Source of the DNA: Utricularia gibba
Taxonomy: Eukaryota; Plantae; Magnoliophyta
Length of the DNA stretch: 64,000 bases
NCBI GenBank assembly: GCA_002189035.1
Contig: CM007991.1
Coordinates: 4,774,001 to 4,838,000, forward strand
Reading direction: 5' to 3'
Shown: positions 63,400 through 64,000 of the stretch, in pieces
How the letters are laid out: every line of letters begins with the position of its first letter
Position numbering within the stretch: position 1 is the stretch's first letter
Notes under the pieces: model-generated
What the model saw: the letters and a program-made list of their open reading frames with translations, nothing else
Told to the model about the DNA's origin: nothing
Database searches by the model: none
Position numbers and translations under genes: made by a program

Positions 63400-63600
63400 A
63401 TAACTTGCTAAATGATCTTTCAATCATCTGATACGACTTGCATCATGTTTGAGAGACAAAAATAATTCATGATGAACTGATTTTATGAACAAACAAAGAG
63501 CAACATACCATAAGGGATCTCCTTTCTCCATACCATCTATTGATTCCAAAACTTGGACACATTTCTCCATTGTGAATTTTCCTTTAAAGTAATATGATAA
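63400..63600 (-). pseudogene. C-terminal remnant of a Harbinger-associated Myb/SANT-like protein
   Basis: FTMEKCVQVLESIDGMEKGDPLWYVALCLFIKSVHHELFLSLKHDASRIR*LK resembles the YSI..CI.VL..MEG.E.GS.LY..AL.LF....RE.FL.L....R..WL C-terminal motif. Confidence 0.6.
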
Positions 63601-64000
63601 ACATTAAAATATCATCATTTCCTGTATAAATTTGGCAACTGAATCACTATTGATGGAGCATGCTTTCTGTTTTTTTTTTTTGGAAGATGTGAACTGCTGT
63701 TGCTCTCGTTGTTCAAATGTATGAAGAACTTCTTCATTGTAGGAGTATAGAAATCATCAAGACAAGGTATTAGTTAGGCATTCAAACCTGTTTATTCACT
63801 GATTTCTACATCTCCATCATCAATTTCATGTGGCAGAATTCTTGAACTTGCAATGTACATCATTACTTATTCACTTTAAGGGAATGAAACATGTCAACAT
63901 CGACATAATATTTAACGAAAAACACAATTGACAGCAAGCTTCAAAGAAAAACAGAATTCATTTAATATAAATGAATATATTAAATAAGATCTTAGTAAGC

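Overview
AT-rich plant (probably eudicot) nuclear DNA of heterochromatic or pericentromeric type. I found no intact host gene. The window is a nested set of decayed transposons. It contains Ty1/copia remnants (two old elements, three Angela-like LTR copies, and one bounded Tork/Tnt1-like element with both LTRs and TSD), three Athila-type Ty3/gypsy elements, solo LTRs, two tail-to-tail PIF/Harbinger elements, a hAT remnant and a MITE-like foldback. It also carries heavily eroded organellar insertions: plastid trnV, rrn16, rrn23, psbA, ndhD, psaC, ycf1 and ycf2, plus a 32-bp mitochondrial nad2 match. Two loci stand out. (1) At 46398-50306 a copia element has lost its reverse transcriptase and carries instead a captured PUB13/SPL11-like U-box gene fragment; a 17-nt junction reads as both the host protein and RNase H. 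(2) At 57086-58415 a 1.33-kb foldback has arms made of a copia LTR end, a PBS core, an unidentified GC3-rich coding fragment and an RNase H piece, making it a candidate LTR-driven hairpin-RNA locus. All family and gene assignments come from motif recognition by eye and from memory, not database searches. Identity figures are hand estimates.
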